A DNA stretch of 64,000 nucleotides from the NCBI GenBank assembly GCA_944387575.1, contig CALXFK010000070.1, forward strand, positions 32,620 through 96,619, given 5' to 3'. Every line of letters starts with the position of its first letter. Within the stretch, counting starts at the first letter, position 1. Below are positions 63,953 to 64,000 of this stretch, one piece after another. The notes beneath the pieces are model-generated. The model was not told the DNA's origin and did not search any database. It saw nothing but the letters and a program-made list of their open reading frames with translations. Made by a program: the position numbers and the translations under genes. The DNA comes from an uncultured Clostridia bacterium (GTDB lineage Bacteria > Bacillota > Clostridia > Oscillospirales > JAAYOS01).

Positions 63953-64000
63953 ATTACTGAGGACATTTAATAAGGCGCAAAACACAATATTATTTAAACT

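Larger units (their letters stand above)
49124..64000 (-). mobile_element. prophage or prophage-derived element (podovirus-like structural module); right end is beyond the window and the left end is approximate
   Basis: A contiguous minus-strand block holds packaging, portal, Prp, scaffold, capsid, tail-like and lysis genes. A divergent XRE/ImmA pair follows at 63.3-63.95 kb. No integrase or att site was seen in the window. Confidence 0.8.

Noticed and set aside
1-64000. I looked for CRISPR arrays, tRNA or rRNA genes, tmRNA, IS elements and transposases, integrases, reverse transcriptases and toxin-antitoxin pairs other than XRE/ImmA.
   Set aside because: None was seen. The only tandem repeats are the two in-gene arrays (39 bp x 2 and 54 bp x about 6). 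No cloverleaf-like sequence appears in any intergenic gap, and no DDE, tyrosine-recombinase, serine-recombinase or RT motifs appear in any ORF.

Overview
The window looks like a high-GC chromosome segment from an endospore-forming Clostridia-type Firmicute. Sporulation genes spoIIE and spoVAD/spoVAE, remA, cdaA-cdaR and the LL-DAP aminotransferase lysine route all point that way.

Most of 1-48.4 kb is ordinary, tightly packed housekeeping DNA. In order it holds:
- gmk-remA-yicC
- a DnaJ-like/DUF5685-like pair
- rseC-like
- cdaA-cdaR
- a class-V aminotransferase with a DUF3343-like carrier
- wecB
- spoVAD-spoVAE
- the glycogen operon glgB-C-D-A
- pduL
- XRE, a UvrD-type helicase and an M14 peptidase
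- potABCD
- spoIIE
- an AI-2E transporter
- a pgk-tpiA-gpmI glycolytic operon carrying an embedded beta-lactamase-fold hydrolase, with a paralogue downstream
- trmL
- proBA
- a PadR-DUF1700-lipoprotein operon
- dapF-dapL
- an M42 peptidase

Two regions stand out.

1. 40258-41495 is a 1.2 kb stretch with no credible ORF and a clearly lower G+C. It starts with a near-consensus sigma-70 promoter and ends at an 11-bp G+C-rich hairpin. I consider it a candidate ~1 kb structured non-coding RNA that I cannot assign to any class I know by eye. It is the best lead in the window.

2. From about 49.1 kb to the window end lies a compact prophage-like element on the minus strand. It carries terminase, portal, a Prp-type protease, scaffold, an N4-gp56-type capsid protein, a Kelch-propeller protein, an 18-aa-repeat protein and a lysis cassette. 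I could not recognise a tape-measure gene. Only about 0.5 kb separates the packaging genes from a divergent XRE/ImmA switch.

I found no rRNA, tRNA, CRISPR array, transposase or integrase. Many long ORFs in the track are antisense shadows typical of high-GC DNA and were rejected. The ORF track shows TTG/GTG starts as M. I re-picked several start codons by reading the sequence for ATG/GTG/TTG with a Shine-Dalgarno motif.
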